Below, in pieces: positions 18,660 through 28,460 of a DNA stretch of 64,000 bases. The position numbers and the translations under genes were made by a program. Each line of letters opens with the position of its first letter. Position 1 is the stretch's first letter. This stretch comes from an uncultured Bacteroidales bacterium. GTDB taxonomy: Bacteria; Bacteroidota; Bacteroidia; Bacteroidales; Bacteroidaceae. Location of the stretch: the NCBI GenBank assembly GCA_946055515.1, contig CAMGGA010000001.1, forward strand, positions 21,813-85,812. The letters run 5' to 3'. The notes under the pieces were generated by a model that was not told the origin of the DNA, did not search any database, and was given only the letters and a program-made list of their open reading frames with translations.

Positions 18660-21600
18660 TTAGAGGTTAATGGTTACACCCAAATTGAAGTTGCGGCTCT
18701 GGGGGAGATAGCCTGCGTCGATGCCTTGGTAAAGCACACCGTTGCCTGCCGAGAACTCGGGATCGGTGCCTGTGTACTTCGACACGGTGAAAACGTTGTT
18801 TACTTCACCCCATACTGCAAGACCCTGCAACCAGCTGAGCTCGATGGGGAGCTTGTAGGTGAGACGTACCTTCTTGAGCTTCAAGAATGAACCATCCTCT
18901 ATCCAACGGTCGGAGAAGCGTTCGTTGTTTACCCAATAGTCGCTCTCTGCCACAACGGCACGGGGCACATTGGTCTTCTGGCCATCGTAGCGCCAACGAT
19001 TGACAGCGGCTGTGGTCTGATTCCAGCTACCGTTGAGCGATTCGAGCTGTGAACGCTGGTAGTTGAAGACATCGTTGCCCAGAGAGTACTTGAAGTTTAC
19101 GTCGAGCGTAAGGGACTTCCAAGTGAAGGAGGTGTAGATGTTACCGTAGATATCGGGGTTGGGGTCACCGATGACAACCATATCGGCCTCGCTGATCCAA
19201 CCATCGCCGTTCTGGTCTACGAAGTTAACGTCGCCTGCTTTGAATTCGCGATAGGGATTTTCAGCAATACCCGTGGGATAGCGGAGATAGCCGTACTTGC
19301 CTGCCTGCGAAGCTTCCTGGTCGCTGGAGAACACACCTGCAGTCTTGTAACCGTAGAAGACTCCGACTGCATTGCCTACAGCGGTCAGCACGTTGTTGTC
19401 GCCGTAAATGGAGCTGGTGTAGCCGTTGATGACCTGCTTGGACTCTTCGATTCTGCGACCGTCAGCACCAAGCTGATAGGTTTCGATGAGATTGTTGGAA
19501 GCCTGGGGAAGGTCGGTAATCTCGTTCTTGTAGTGACCGATAGAGAAGCCAGCCTGCCAACGGAAGTTCTTCGTCTGAACCAGCATGGCATTGACGTTGG
19601 CGTCGATACCGCAGTTCTTCAGGGCTCCGTCGTTGCTCCACATGTAGGAGAGACCGGTGATGTCGCTCACAGCCTTGCGCGTAAGCAGGTCGGTGGTCTT
19701 GCTGCTGAAGAATTCCACACCGAAGTTCACGCGGTTGCGGAGCATGCTGGCCTGCAAACCGACATTGAAACGCTTCGTCGTTTCCCACTGGAGCTTGGGG
19801 TTCTGGATGTTGGAGAGCACGAGGGCCGTAGATTTGTCCAGGAACTTGGTGTTCTCGAAGTAGGTACGCGTTGCGTAGTAGTCGATATTGTCGTTACCAC
19901 TGATTTCGTAACCTGCGGTCAGCTTCAAGTAGTCGATAGCCTTCACGTTGAACCACTTCTCGGAGGACATTACCCAAGCGGCCTGTACCGAGGGGAAGAG
20001 ACCCCATACCACACCTGCAAGCTTCACACCGGCATCCACTTCTTTACCGAAGCGAGATGAAGATTCCATCGTGGTGGAGAGGGTGAGGAAGTACTTGTTC
20101 TGGTAGTTGTAGGCAGCGTTGAGATAGTATGCCAGGTTGGTCCAGTTGTCGTTGTTGCCACCGTACGACTTGTACTGAAGGGCATACGACATGTTCGGCA
20201 TCTTGTCCTGGTCGTTGTTGTAACCCGTGATGTTGCTTGCGCTGTAGGAATAGGAAGCATAACGGAAACCGCCGAGGACGTTGAGGTCGTGAGAACCGAA
20301 GTTCTTCTTCCACTGGAGGCTCAGGTCGTTGAAGAGGGTAGTTTCTTTACCGAACTGCGTGCTGACGATGCTGGTGACGTCGCCAAGGCCTTCCACATAC
20401 TTCGAAGGAGTACCGTTCTTGGGGAGGTAGTACTTCTCGTTGTTGCGGTTCAGGATGTAGCTGAAGCGGTCCTTGATGACAAGGTTCTTGTTGATCTGGT
20501 AGCTGGGCGAAACATTGAGGTTGAACTGCGTCTGTTCGTAGTAGTTCTTGTTGTTGCCCTGACCGTTCAAGAGCACCCAATAGGGGTTAACCAAAGCATC
20601 GAAGCCGTAGGTTTCGGCATAGCGGAAGGGGTTGGTCTGGTCGGTATACTCCTTACCCGAGTAAACGCGGTCAGTCGAAACGAGCTCCAGGCCTGTGCCT
20701 TGCGTGTAGCGTACGTAGTGGGCGTAGGGGCTGAGGCTCGGCGACTGGATAAGTCCGAGCACGTTGGGGGAGGAAATGTTGCGCTGGGAATAGTCGGCAG
20801 CCCAACCGTTGTCGCGCATATTGTAAGCATTGCGAGAGTAGGAGAAGTCCATACCCGTCACAAAGTTCTTGAACATGTTCACGTCGGTGTTGAAGCGGAT
20901 GTTCAAGCGGTTGAAGTCGTTGCACTTGGCCGTGGCGTCAGCCTGGCTGTAGCCCAAGGAGAGGTGGTACATAGCCACGTCGTCACCACCATCAACGCTC
21001 ACCTTGTAGTTCTGGGTGAAGACATCGTGATAGAGGTCCTTCTGCCAGTCGGTGTCGTTGTGATAGAGATTGTAGTAGATGTAGTTGGGATCCTCGTTGA
21101 AATAGGGCATCGACATGGAGCTACCAATGTACTTCGTGTCGGGGAAAGTACCCACCACTTCCGTGAAGTAGTTGCGATACTGGCTTGCATTCATCATCTG
21201 CATCTGCTCGGGAGCCGTTTCAAAGCCACCGTAAGCGCGGATGTTGATGCGCGTCACCATGCTCTTGCCGCGACGGGTGTTGATAAGGAGCACACCATTG
21301 GCACCCTTGGCACCGTAGAGTGCAGTACCGTTCTTCACCACTTCAACACTTTCGATATCATCGGGGTCAATGATGTTGAAGACGTTATTGACGAAACCCT
21401 GGTGAAGCGTGGAGCGGTCGTACTGCATATCCATCATCACGCCGTCCACGATAACGAGGGGCTGTGCATTGGCGTTGAGCGAGTTCAAGCCATTGATGAA
21501 CATGGCAGCTCCCTGTGCGGGCATGCCGCCGCGGTTGATGGTACGAACAGAGCCGCCGAGTTCTTTTTCGATTTCTTCTTCCACGGTGAGGGCGTTGGGC

Positions 21601-22082
21601 TCGTTGAGCCATGCCGTCTGGTTATTGTTCAAGGAAGTGCCATCGAAGTAGAAGTCCTTCTTCATGCCCTTGTTCAGGTAAACATTCTGGCTGGCAGTGC
21701 CCTTGAGGGCCAACTGTGCAGAATTGTAATCCTGGATGTTGATGAAAAGTACGTCTACGAACTCGGGGACATTGATCGTGTACTTACCGTCGTCCTCGGT
21801 CAAAGCACTATAGAATCGATTGTTCAAAGCCTGCACTTTCACACCTGCGAGGGGCTTCTTGGTAGCGGCATCATAGACGTAACCCGAAACCTCTTTCATT
21901 TTATACTGGGGTGCAACTGCTTTCTTGGCTACAGGCTGTACAGTTTCGGTGTAGTCGGCTTCACCCTCTACCCCATCTTCTGGAGTTTGGGCAGAAAGGA
22001 CACAAGCACCGGAGAGCATGAAAAGGCTGACACCTGCTCTAAGCGCTCCCTGCATCAAGTGAATTTTCTTAGTATTATTCAT
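18660..22082 (-). CDS. SusC/RagA family TonB-dependent outer membrane transporter (second pair)
   Basis: Signal peptide, N-terminal carboxypeptidase-regulatory-like domain, plug motif PLVIVDG...DIESVEVVKNGTALYGAKGANGVLLINT, NPKLQWETT, IGDPNPD, SDRWIEDGSFLKL, and a C-terminal beta-strand GVTINL. Confidence 0.95.
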   Translation of the reverse strand: MNNTKKIHLMQGALRAGVSLFMLSGACVLSAQTPEDGVEGEADYTETVQPVAKKAVAPQYKMKEVSGYVYDAATKKPLAGVKVQALNNRFYSALTEDDGKYTINVPEFVDVLFINIQDYNSAQLALKGTASQNVYLNKGMKKDFYFDGTSLNNNQTAWLNEPNALTVEEEIEKELGGSVRTINRGGMPAQGAAMFINGLNSLNANAQPLVIVDGVMMDMQYDRSTLHQGFVNNVFNIIDPDDIESVEVVKNGTALYGAKGANGVLLINTRRGKSMVTRINIRAYGGFETAPEQMQMMNASQYRNYFTEVVGTFPDTKYIGSSMSMPYFNEDPNYIYYNLYHNDTDWQKDLYHDVFTQNYKVSVDGGDDVAMYHLSLGYSQADATAKCNDFNRLNIRFNTDVNMFKNFVTGMDFSYSRNAYNMRDNGWAADYSQRNISSPNVLGLIQSPSLSPYAHYVRYTQGTGLELVSTDRVYSGKEYTDQTNPFRYAETYGFDALVNPYWVLLNGQGNNKNYYEQTQFNLNVSPSYQINKNLVIKDRFSYILNRNNEKYYLPKNGTPSKYVEGLGDVTSIVSTQFGKETTLFNDLSLQWKKNFGSHDLNVLGGFRYASYSYSASNITGYNNDQDKMPNMSYALQYKSYGGNNDNWTNLAYYLNAAYNYQNKYFLTLSTTMESSSRFGKEVDAGVKLAGVVWGLFPSVQAAWVMSSEKWFNVKAIDYLKLTAGYEISGNDNIDYYATRTYFENTKFLDKSTALVLSNIQNPKLQWETTKRFNVGLQASMLRNRVNFGVEFFSSKTTDLLTRKAVSDITGLSYMWSNDGALKNCGIDANVNAMLVQTKNFRWQAGFSIGHYKNEITDLPQASNNLIETYQLGADGRRIEESKQVINGYTSSIYGDNNVLTAVGNAVGVFYGYKTAGVFSSDQEASQAGKYGYLRYPTGIAENPYREFKAGDVNFVDQNGDGWISEADMVVIGDPNPDIYGNIYTSFTWKSLTLDVNFKYSLGNDVFNYQRSQLESLNGSWNQTTAAVNRWRYDGQKTNVPRAVVAESDYWVNNERFSDRWIEDGSFLKLKKVRLTYKLPIELSWLQGLAVWGEVNNVFTVSKYTGTDPEFSAGNGVLYQGIDAGYLPQSRNFNLGVTINL

Positions 22083-22176
22083 TACTGTCGATTTTTAAAT
22101 GGGTAAGAAGCAATAAGTCTGTACCGCTGCGGGGGCGGCGAGGCCGGGCCTCGCCGGTGCCCGTAGGGTTTACTTA

Positions 22177-24168
22177 TTATTGCACGTCCACAGGGTGAAC
22201 AGGTTCAATTACTACCTTTGCGATACTCAAGGCATGTTGCTTTCTCTTCTGTTCCTGCTTTGAAGGAGTCACCGTCAAGACAAGCATGGGGAAGGTATTG
22301 TTTACGCCGGAAGGCAGGCCAGTGTAGCACTTGGGGATTTCGATTTCGTCCCACAGCGTGTAGTACTTGGCTGCATCTTCATCAATCGTAATAAAATCGG
22401 TCTTCTTGTTGCCGTCGGGATCGAGGATAGCGTTACCTTCATCGTCGAAGAGCTGTGCTTCAAACTTCGTGTTCTGGGGCAGATACGTTTCGGGATCTTC
22501 CTCAGTGGCAGGCTGGTCAATCCAAGCATCTGTCAGGTAGGCGTTGTTCGGAAGCAACTGCACACGGATGCGATACTTCGTACTGTAGAGGCTGGGGAGC
22601 GGGATGTAAACAGAGAGTGCCTGCGTACCGTTCACCTTGAAGTAACGATAGCGTCCTTCTTCCACAGTAGACACGTCTACGTTGGGATTGAGGTTGGCGT
22701 AGTCGCCTTCGGCAGTGAGCGTAATCACCTCACCATAGCTACCGTTTCCGCAGTTCTTCACGTAACCGACATTGTACTGCTGCGTGATGTCGATGTAGCG
22801 CCTCTTCACGAATGAGTAGCTGGGGTCGAGGTCGTAGGAAGACAAAGGATAGATGATACCGTTGGAAGCCTTTACGTAATCCACATTGCTGAAGAGGGGA
22901 TTCTTACCCTTCGTGGCAGCATTGGGATTGTAATAAACGACAGCATTGGTAGAGATGAGAGAGTCGGCGTGCTCAGCATAGTTGGCAATGCCCTGGAGGT
23001 CGTTGCGTTCAAACTTCTGTCCAAAGATAGAAGGCGAGAAGTACATACTCGTCAGGAGCGACTTGCGCAGGTTATACTCAGAGAGTGAGTCTGCATTGAG
23101 GTCCGTGAGCTGAGAAGCGAACTGCGTCTCGATGTTCTTGTAGTCGTAGTTATACTTCGTGGCATAGTTGAACAAGGGCTTTACTTTCTGCAAAGCATCT
23201 TCCCAAGCCTGGTCGGAAGGAATAACGGCTACATACAGGCTGTCTTCGTTCTTGATGGAAGCGTAAGACTGGTTGAGCAATTCGTTCTGGTTGTAGAAGA
23301 CTGAGTCCACATAAACCATTTCACCATTCTCGTTCATCGCACCGGGAGTACTGCTGCCCGGGGAGAAAGTATTCTTGTCGTAAGAAACGATGGTGTTGTA
23401 CACATTGCTGAAGAGGTCGGAGTAAGCTTCCATGTATTCATACACATTGTATGAGAAGGGAGCCAGACCGTTCAACACGTGAAGCGTACCATTGGACGAA
23501 GGGATGGTCTTCATATCCGGATTAAGTGCAACCCCGTTGAAGAGACCTGCACCGGCGTTGTACGTACAAAGCTTGCCATTGAGCAAGCGCACGTTCTGTT
23601 CGCCAGCATTCATTTCATAGTTGAAACGTGCCAAGTGGTTCTGGGCGAACTGCACACCAAGGTTATATTCCAAGGTGTTTGCACGCTTTTGCAACTGGGC
23701 AATCTGCTTCTGGATTTCGCCAGTGTTGTCCGGTTCTTCGGTTTCGCCGGCATCACCACCTTCACCTTCGGTTTCGCCTTCATCGCTGCGTGCGCCGATA
23801 GAAGCCTGCAAATCGGCAGCCTCCTTGCGGAGTCTTTCGATTTCAGCAATTTTGTCCTTGTAGCTCTGGGCATCATACGTGCCATTGAGAGGAGCCCACA
23901 AAGTGAAAGACTGCGATTGCTTCAAAAGGTCTGCGTAGGTAATGGTCTGCTTGGTGTCGTCTTCCTTGGTGAACACTCTGATCTGGCTCACAATATCGCG
24001 GAAGTCGGAAAGCTCTTTGGTAGACTCAATATTCTGCCAAAGGGTATTACCTGCAGCGGGTACATCGTTCTTGATGTCGAAGTGGTCATCGGAGCAGGAG
24101 GTATATCCTAAGAGCATTGCTGCTCCTAAGATACCACCTAATACCGTATTATTTGAAATTCGTTTCAT
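22177..24168 (-). CDS. Fasciclin-domain surface lipoprotein
   Basis: Lipobox YTSC-SDD; FAS1 motifs FTLWAPLN, SSNGTLHVLN, AVIPSD and ASNGIIY. Confidence 0.8.
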   Translation of the reverse strand: MKRISNNTVLGGILGAAMLLGYTSCSDDHFDIKNDVPAAGNTLWQNIESTKELSDFRDIVSQIRVFTKEDDTKQTITYADLLKQSQSFTLWAPLNGTYDAQSYKDKIAEIERLRKEAADLQASIGARSDEGETEGEGGDAGETEEPDNTGEIQKQIAQLQKRANTLEYNLGVQFAQNHLARFNYEMNAGEQNVRLLNGKLCTYNAGAGLFNGVALNPDMKTIPSSNGTLHVLNGLAPFSYNVYEYMEAYSDLFSNVYNTIVSYDKNTFSPGSSTPGAMNENGEMVYVDSVFYNQNELLNQSYASIKNEDSLYVAVIPSDQAWEDALQKVKPLFNYATKYNYDYKNIETQFASQLTDLNADSLSEYNLRKSLLTSMYFSPSIFGQKFERNDLQGIANYAEHADSLISTNAVVYYNPNAATKGKNPLFSNVDYVKASNGIIYPLSSYDLDPSYSFVKRRYIDITQQYNVGYVKNCGNGSYGEVITLTAEGDYANLNPNVDVSTVEEGRYRYFKVNGTQALSVYIPLPSLYSTKYRIRVQLLPNNAYLTDAWIDQPATEEDPETYLPQNTKFEAQLFDDEGNAILDPDGNKKTDFITIDEDAAKYYTLWDEIEIPKCYTGLPSGVNNTFPMLVLTVTPSKQEQKRKQHALSIAKVVIEPVHPVDVQ

Positions 24169-24193
24169 AATTGAATGTTTTGCAAGTTAGAAC

Positions 24194-26347
24194 TTACCAA
24201 ATGTCCTCAGGTAATTCACCATTGTAGATGTTCTTCGGCACAAACTCGAAGTAGTCGAGCATGAGCTGTGTCACATCACTTTCAATGGCAGACTTAAAGC
24301 GGAGGTAATACGTTTTGTTGCGTTCGAAGTAGCGGGTTTCGAGGATACGACGCAATGCCGGTGAAGACGGGGAGTCGTTGCGGCAGGTTGTCTTACCCTT
24401 GGAGCCGTCCGTACAGAAATAGTTCGGAGCCTTCATGTAACCTTGGTTACGGAGGTTGCGGTCGTTTTCGCGGTCGGTCACTTCATCGCCCGTATCTGCT
24501 ACCCAAGGCTGGCCGGGAATCATCGCAACGGTTTCACGTTCGTCGATAGGCAGACCGATAGGAGTCGTTGAGAGGGGATCTTCACCGATATAAACCTGTA
24601 CCATACAGCGCTGGTTGTTCAAAGAAGCACCCATACGCAGTTCATAGTAACCATCTTTCGGCACGGGGGGCAACTTCAGAACAAAGTCGAAACGGCCGGA
24701 AGCGAGGATTTCGTCGCCCTGATAGTCTTTCCAAGCACCGTTGCTAGAAACATAACCATCCTGGAGATAGTAAATCTGCGTGCCCTGGCTTTCATTGGTA
24801 ATGTTGGAGAAATAGCCCTGCGGGAAGTAGCGGGCAGAACGGCCGCGGAGGTCGTTGCTGGCGATTTCGGGCAACATCGTGCTGATGTCGATACGCAGAC
24901 GCTCTCTGCCCAACTGGTCGCTAACTTCCTTCGAGTTAACCAACACACCGTTGATGGGGAAATAGAAACCGTTCAAGGCATTGTTATCGTTGTTACCATT
25001 CAAGGCTTCCACCTTGATGTTTATACCATTGGTGGCTGTATTGGCGATGCAGCTCAATTCGTGGTAGTCACCATCGAAACCATTATCGTAGGAGCTGATA
25101 CGGTTCAGGTAGAAGGCACGTGCGCCATCCTGTCCTTCCAAAGGAGGTTCATCGGGGAGCTGCGTAATCTTCAGCAAGCCACGGGGTTCGCCTTTGGTTG
25201 TATAGTAGTCCCATACATTGACTGTATAGCCGGACTTGAGCGGATTCTTGAGGTCCGTACCGTAGTCGTAGCCATACTCGTTGTGGTGGTGTACGAATTC
25301 ATCCGTTGCCATACCGCCATCGAGGATGTGGTAAGCGACAAACTGGTTGATGGGGTTGGTCGGGCTCGTGTAGTCGTCGGAAATGGTAGAAGCATCCACG
25401 CCGAGTGCAGCAGCCAGCTGCGTCTTGAAGGCATCCTTCATCGCATCCCAGTTGGTGAGTTCTTCGTTCACCTCGTCATACACAGGATCGGGTAGTCCCC
25501 ATTGGTTCTTATATACATCATCGGTTTCCGCGAATACCGTATAGCCAACTACGCGCTTCTCCATGTAGGGGAAGTCGAATTTAACGAAACGGCGGGTAGA
25601 ACCGGCGTAGGACATATTTGCCAATTCATATTCTTCTTCCGATTCCGTGTTCACAGCGAGTGCATCGGCCCAGCCCGTAATCTTGAGCAGATGGCCCAAG
25701 ATGCGCATGTTGTCGGCGCGCTGCACCAATTCTGCCACAGAGTTGGTAGACGGAGCAATCACGTGGTCAACTACATGGAGCATACCGTTGGACACTTCCA
25801 CGTTCGACTGCGTAACGACAGCGTTTCCGTTGATTACGTAGTCATTCTGATCGTTCTGCTCGCAGGCGAGGCGGCGGTCCTTCAAGTTGGAGATGGAGAA
25901 CGTACCACCATCGTTGGGGAAGTCGGCAATTTCGTACGCATTGTTCGAACCGTTGTCAATGATACAGTTCAACGCAATGAGTTCCTTCTGCTCCTGGGTG
26001 AGGTCAGCCAAAGTAGCGTCTTCCTTGCCCGTCAGCTTCTGGAGGTGAAGTTTGACGGCTTTATTTGAGGGAGCGAAAACCGTATAGTTACCACGGGCTG
26101 AAAGTACGCTGGAAAGTACCGAAGCGTTGCTGGAGCGGCCGAGGCGAACTTCGTCGAAAAGCGCTTTGATTTCAGTGAGCGTATCGGTAGCGTTGATGCA
26201 GTCCATCATCGTCTGCATAGACTTGATAGCATAGGCATCCTCGCTGATATCCTCCTTACAGCTGGTGAAGGAGAAAGGAGCAGCCAAGAGCATTCCTGCT
26301 CCGAGCAAGCCAGCCCAACGGCTCAGATTGTTCTTATAGTTTTTCAT
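24194..26347 (-). CDS. Fasciclin-domain surface lipoprotein
   Basis: Lipobox FTSC-KED; FAS1 motifs YTVFAPSN, SNGMLHVVDHVI, YTVFAETD, FVAYHIL and ALNGFYFPINGVL. Confidence 0.88.
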   Translation of the reverse strand: MKNYKNNLSRWAGLLGAGMLLAAPFSFTSCKEDISEDAYAIKSMQTMMDCINATDTLTEIKALFDEVRLGRSSNASVLSSVLSARGNYTVFAPSNKAVKLHLQKLTGKEDATLADLTQEQKELIALNCIIDNGSNNAYEIADFPNDGGTFSISNLKDRRLACEQNDQNDYVINGNAVVTQSNVEVSNGMLHVVDHVIAPSTNSVAELVQRADNMRILGHLLKITGWADALAVNTESEEEYELANMSYAGSTRRFVKFDFPYMEKRVVGYTVFAETDDVYKNQWGLPDPVYDEVNEELTNWDAMKDAFKTQLAAALGVDASTISDDYTSPTNPINQFVAYHILDGGMATDEFVHHHNEYGYDYGTDLKNPLKSGYTVNVWDYYTTKGEPRGLLKITQLPDEPPLEGQDGARAFYLNRISSYDNGFDGDYHELSCIANTATNGINIKVEALNGNNDNNALNGFYFPINGVLVNSKEVSDQLGRERLRIDISTMLPEIASNDLRGRSARYFPQGYFSNITNESQGTQIYYLQDGYVSSNGAWKDYQGDEILASGRFDFVLKLPPVPKDGYYELRMGASLNNQRCMVQVYIGEDPLSTTPIGLPIDERETVAMIPGQPWVADTGDEVTDRENDRNLRNQGYMKAPNYFCTDGSKGKTTCRNDSPSSPALRRILETRYFERNKTYYLRFKSAIESDVTQLMLDYFEFVPKNIYNGELPEDIW

Positions 26348-26356
26348 AATCTAAGA

Positions 26357-28333
26357 TCATTTTTTGGTGTAACGGTCCCAAACGGGGTTCTGGTAGAGGC
26401 TACCGCCGTATTCAATACCATTCACTTTGAGTTCCTCGCTGTAGATGGGGATGTAGAAGCCCCAGAGGTCAGAGAGGCGGGTTCTTACAGACGACTTCAC
26501 AGAAGCGTAGGTGCCGAGTGTAGTCTTCGTATCGTTGGAGGCTTCTGCCTGACGTACGAGGTCGAACCAGCGCTTGCCTTCGCAAACGAATTCACGCTGG
26601 CGTTCGCGGTAAGTAAGAACGAGGAGTTCTGCTGCAGTCTTGATAAAATTGCCTTTATCGTCATGGCCGTACTTGCTGTCCACGCGTTCGTTGATCAATT
26701 CTTCATCCGTCGAGGCAGCCAAGGGATCATTGGGACCTACAAGGGCAGGATTGTTGCGCTTGAAGAGTTCGTTAACGAGTTGGAAGCCTTCCTTCAGCTT
26801 GGCAACATCGGTTGTACCCGTGCGGGCAATGGCCTCTGCCTTAATCAACATGATGTCGGCCAAGCGGTAAACGGGCCAGTGGGCGCTGTTGTCACCGGGA
26901 TTACGATAGGCGTCGAAGGGCAAAGACGTAGCACCGCCCTTGGAAGCCGCGAGGTCGGTAATGTCGCGGTAAGAGAGCGTGGTTACCACAAATTTCGAGA
27001 TAGGCTTCTTGGCTTCCTTAGAGAAGTAGTTGCAAGTTTCGAAGAGACGGAAGTCGGTGCGGCCAAAACCGGCATCGGGAGCTACGCTCGTAGCAGAACC
27101 AATCAGGTTGGCGGAGATAGCCATTTTCTTGGCGTTCAACGTACCCGAAGAGTACTGCGACATGTAGTTGTTCACCGTCGAGTTGAACGTATTCGTTCCG
27201 TTGTACTGCAACTCCAGCACAGACTCGCGGGAGTTCTGCTGGCCGAAGTTGTAATAATAGGGCATATCGGTAACTGACATACCCGACTTCTCGTTGAGAT
27301 AGAGCGGATAGGGCTGAGAGAGCTCTTCCTGGGTAGCCATGGAGCTTTCGGCCAAATCCTTGTCGTACTCTTCTCTGATTTTATTGATGACCCAATCTGC
27401 GTGATCGATAGCCTTCTGGAGGCATTCGTTGGCCAGGTTGTTGCAATAGGTATCGTTGATGGCCTGACCATCTTTTGTGGTGTAGCCGTCAATCTCAACG
27501 CCCTGTTCGTTTACGTTGCGAACGTCGCTGATGTTCACCATACCCTTGTTCTTGAGGTTCACCTGCGCATAGAGGCTGTTTCCTTTGGCCGTAAAGTTCT
27601 TCAGCATGCAAGCGCGCCAGAGATACATATCGGCGAGCAGGGCATGTGAACTGAGCTTGGTGAACTGTCCCTTGTTCTTGGCGTCGGAGCCGTAGTTTTC
27701 GGGAGCGAAGGCAATGTTGGCCTCGAGCGAGTCGATACAGTCACCGAGGATGGCTACACCAGGCATGGCAGCGGGCTTGCTGCTCGTGGCCTGCTCGTCC
27801 GTACGGATAGAACTGCTGATGTAGGGTACGTCGCGGTAAGCACGCACGAGATAGAAATAGTAGAGCGAGCGGAGCGCCGTCATCTCGGCACGGATGGCGC
27901 GGTAGTCAGAACGCGTGAAGCTCGGGTCAACCTCAGCGCCGGGTTTCGTCATTGCCTCGCCTTGTTCCATCACGAGGTTGCAATAGTTGATACCCGTGTA
28001 GAAGCCGGACCAGTCGAACATACCCAAGTTGGGCTGCAATACTGCATCCTGGAGGTAGGTCAGGTTGGTCTGCGACATGTCGTTCACAGACAAGTTGTCG
28101 GAGCGAACTTCACCCCAGAGCAAAATCTTTTCAGTCTGACCGCCGTTGGCAAGCTGCTGGTAAGCGCCGGCTCTAACGTTCTCCAAGTCGGCCTTGTCCT
28201 GCCAGAAGTTTTCCTCGGGAATCTGGTCGGTGGGAAGGATGGTCAAGAAATCATCGCACGAAGTGAACGCCGTGCTCGTCAAGACCAAACTTCCGGCCAA
28301 AAGAAGTTTTGTATATAATTTCTTACTTTTCAT
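26357..28333 (-). CDS. RagB/SusD family lipoprotein (first pair)
   Basis: Lipobox FTSC-DDFL; FYTGINYCN, LRSLYYFYLVRAYRDVP, YRLADIMLIKAEA and ERQREFVCEGKRWFDLVR. Confidence 0.95.
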   Translation of the reverse strand: MKSKKLYTKLLLAGSLVLTSTAFTSCDDFLTILPTDQIPEENFWQDKADLENVRAGAYQQLANGGQTEKILLWGEVRSDNLSVNDMSQTNLTYLQDAVLQPNLGMFDWSGFYTGINYCNLVMEQGEAMTKPGAEVDPSFTRSDYRAIRAEMTALRSLYYFYLVRAYRDVPYISSSIRTDEQATSSKPAAMPGVAILGDCIDSLEANIAFAPENYGSDAKNKGQFTKLSSHALLADMYLWRACMLKNFTAKGNSLYAQVNLKNKGMVNISDVRNVNEQGVEIDGYTTKDGQAINDTYCNNLANECLQKAIDHADWVINKIREEYDKDLAESSMATQEELSQPYPLYLNEKSGMSVTDMPYYYNFGQQNSRESVLELQYNGTNTFNSTVNNYMSQYSSGTLNAKKMAISANLIGSATSVAPDAGFGRTDFRLFETCNYFSKEAKKPISKFVVTTLSYRDITDLAASKGGATSLPFDAYRNPGDNSAHWPVYRLADIMLIKAEAIARTGTTDVAKLKEGFQLVNELFKRNNPALVGPNDPLAASTDEELINERVDSKYGHDDKGNFIKTAAELLVLTYRERQREFVCEGKRWFDLVRQAEASNDTKTTLGTYASVKSSVRTRLSDLWGFYIPIYSEELKVNGIEYGGSLYQNPVWDRYTKK

Positions 28334-28460
28334 GATAGAAGTATTTTATGGGGTAAGGACTTGCGGGCATACCGCTTGTCCTGTACCGCTCGGTGGGTCA
28401 GTGTGGGCCGATAGGGTTTCTATGCAGCCCCACTGCAACCGGCTGATAGGAAATGCAGGC

